A DNA stretch of 19,957 nt from Reclinomonas americana ATCC 50394 (lineage: Eukaryota). The notes below the pieces were generated by a model. That model was given only the letters and a program-made list of their open reading frames with translations, did no database searches and had not been told where the DNA came from. Each line of letters begins with the position of its first letter. Position 1 is the first letter of the stretch. Location of the stretch: positions 62,534-82,490 of the forward strand of contig PS015389.1 in NCBI GenBank assembly GCA_048213135.1, written 5' to 3'. Both the position numbers and the translations under genes were made by a program. Positions 19,739-19,957 of the stretch are shown here, piece by piece.

Positions 19739-19819
19739 GAGGAATGGAAGTGAGCAGAGGAGAGGAGAGACTTGAAGGACAAGCATGCAGTTAGAGGTCG
19801 CGTGGGAGAATGGAAGCAG

Positions 19820-19857
<38 letters not shown>

Positions 19858-19883
19858 GAGAGAGAGTAGACGAGAGACGACGA

Positions 19884-19957
19884 GTACGTACGTACGTACG
19901 TACGTACGTACGTACGTACGTACGTACGTACGTACGTACGTACGTACGTACGTACGT
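19884..19957. repeat. Perfect self-complementary (GTAC)n tetranucleotide run to the window end
   Basis: About 18 perfect units. Confidence 0.95.

Noticed and set aside
19884-19957. Telomeric repeat
   Set aside because: The unit is palindromic, has no G-rich strand and lies inside an unfinished malic-enzyme gene.

Overview
Eukaryotic (protist-like), intron-rich genomic DNA with two N gaps. All genes lie on the + strand, and the supplied ORF track mostly reflects microsatellites and unspliced fragments. Splicing by hand (GT-AG, phase-checked) gives six genes: (1) the last exon of a small membrane protein (23-502); (2) an unknown ~189-aa protein (803-1865); (3) a divergent paralogue of gene 1 (1935-3141); (4) a 16-exon, ~666-aa all-TPR protein (3995-11860); (5) a 20-exon, ~1131-aa protein with 2x ankyrin modules, an atypical Ser/Thr kinase, a Cys/His-motif domain and a PH domain (12211-16951); (6) the 5' part of an NAD-type malic enzyme (17292 to beyond 19595). 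A relic of an RLE-type non-LTR retrotransposon lies at 3233-3492. The most striking signal is in the splice sites: 12 of 44 inferred donors are +1-shifted versions of the normal donor (GTTGCG/GTTGAG rather than GTGCG/GTGAG), and 11 of those 12 lack G at exon position -1. This suggests a second, common mode of 5' splice-site recognition. Long introns are built from locally amplified composite repeats, one of which reiterates the 3' splice site. Gene models and family calls come from reading motifs; no search was run.
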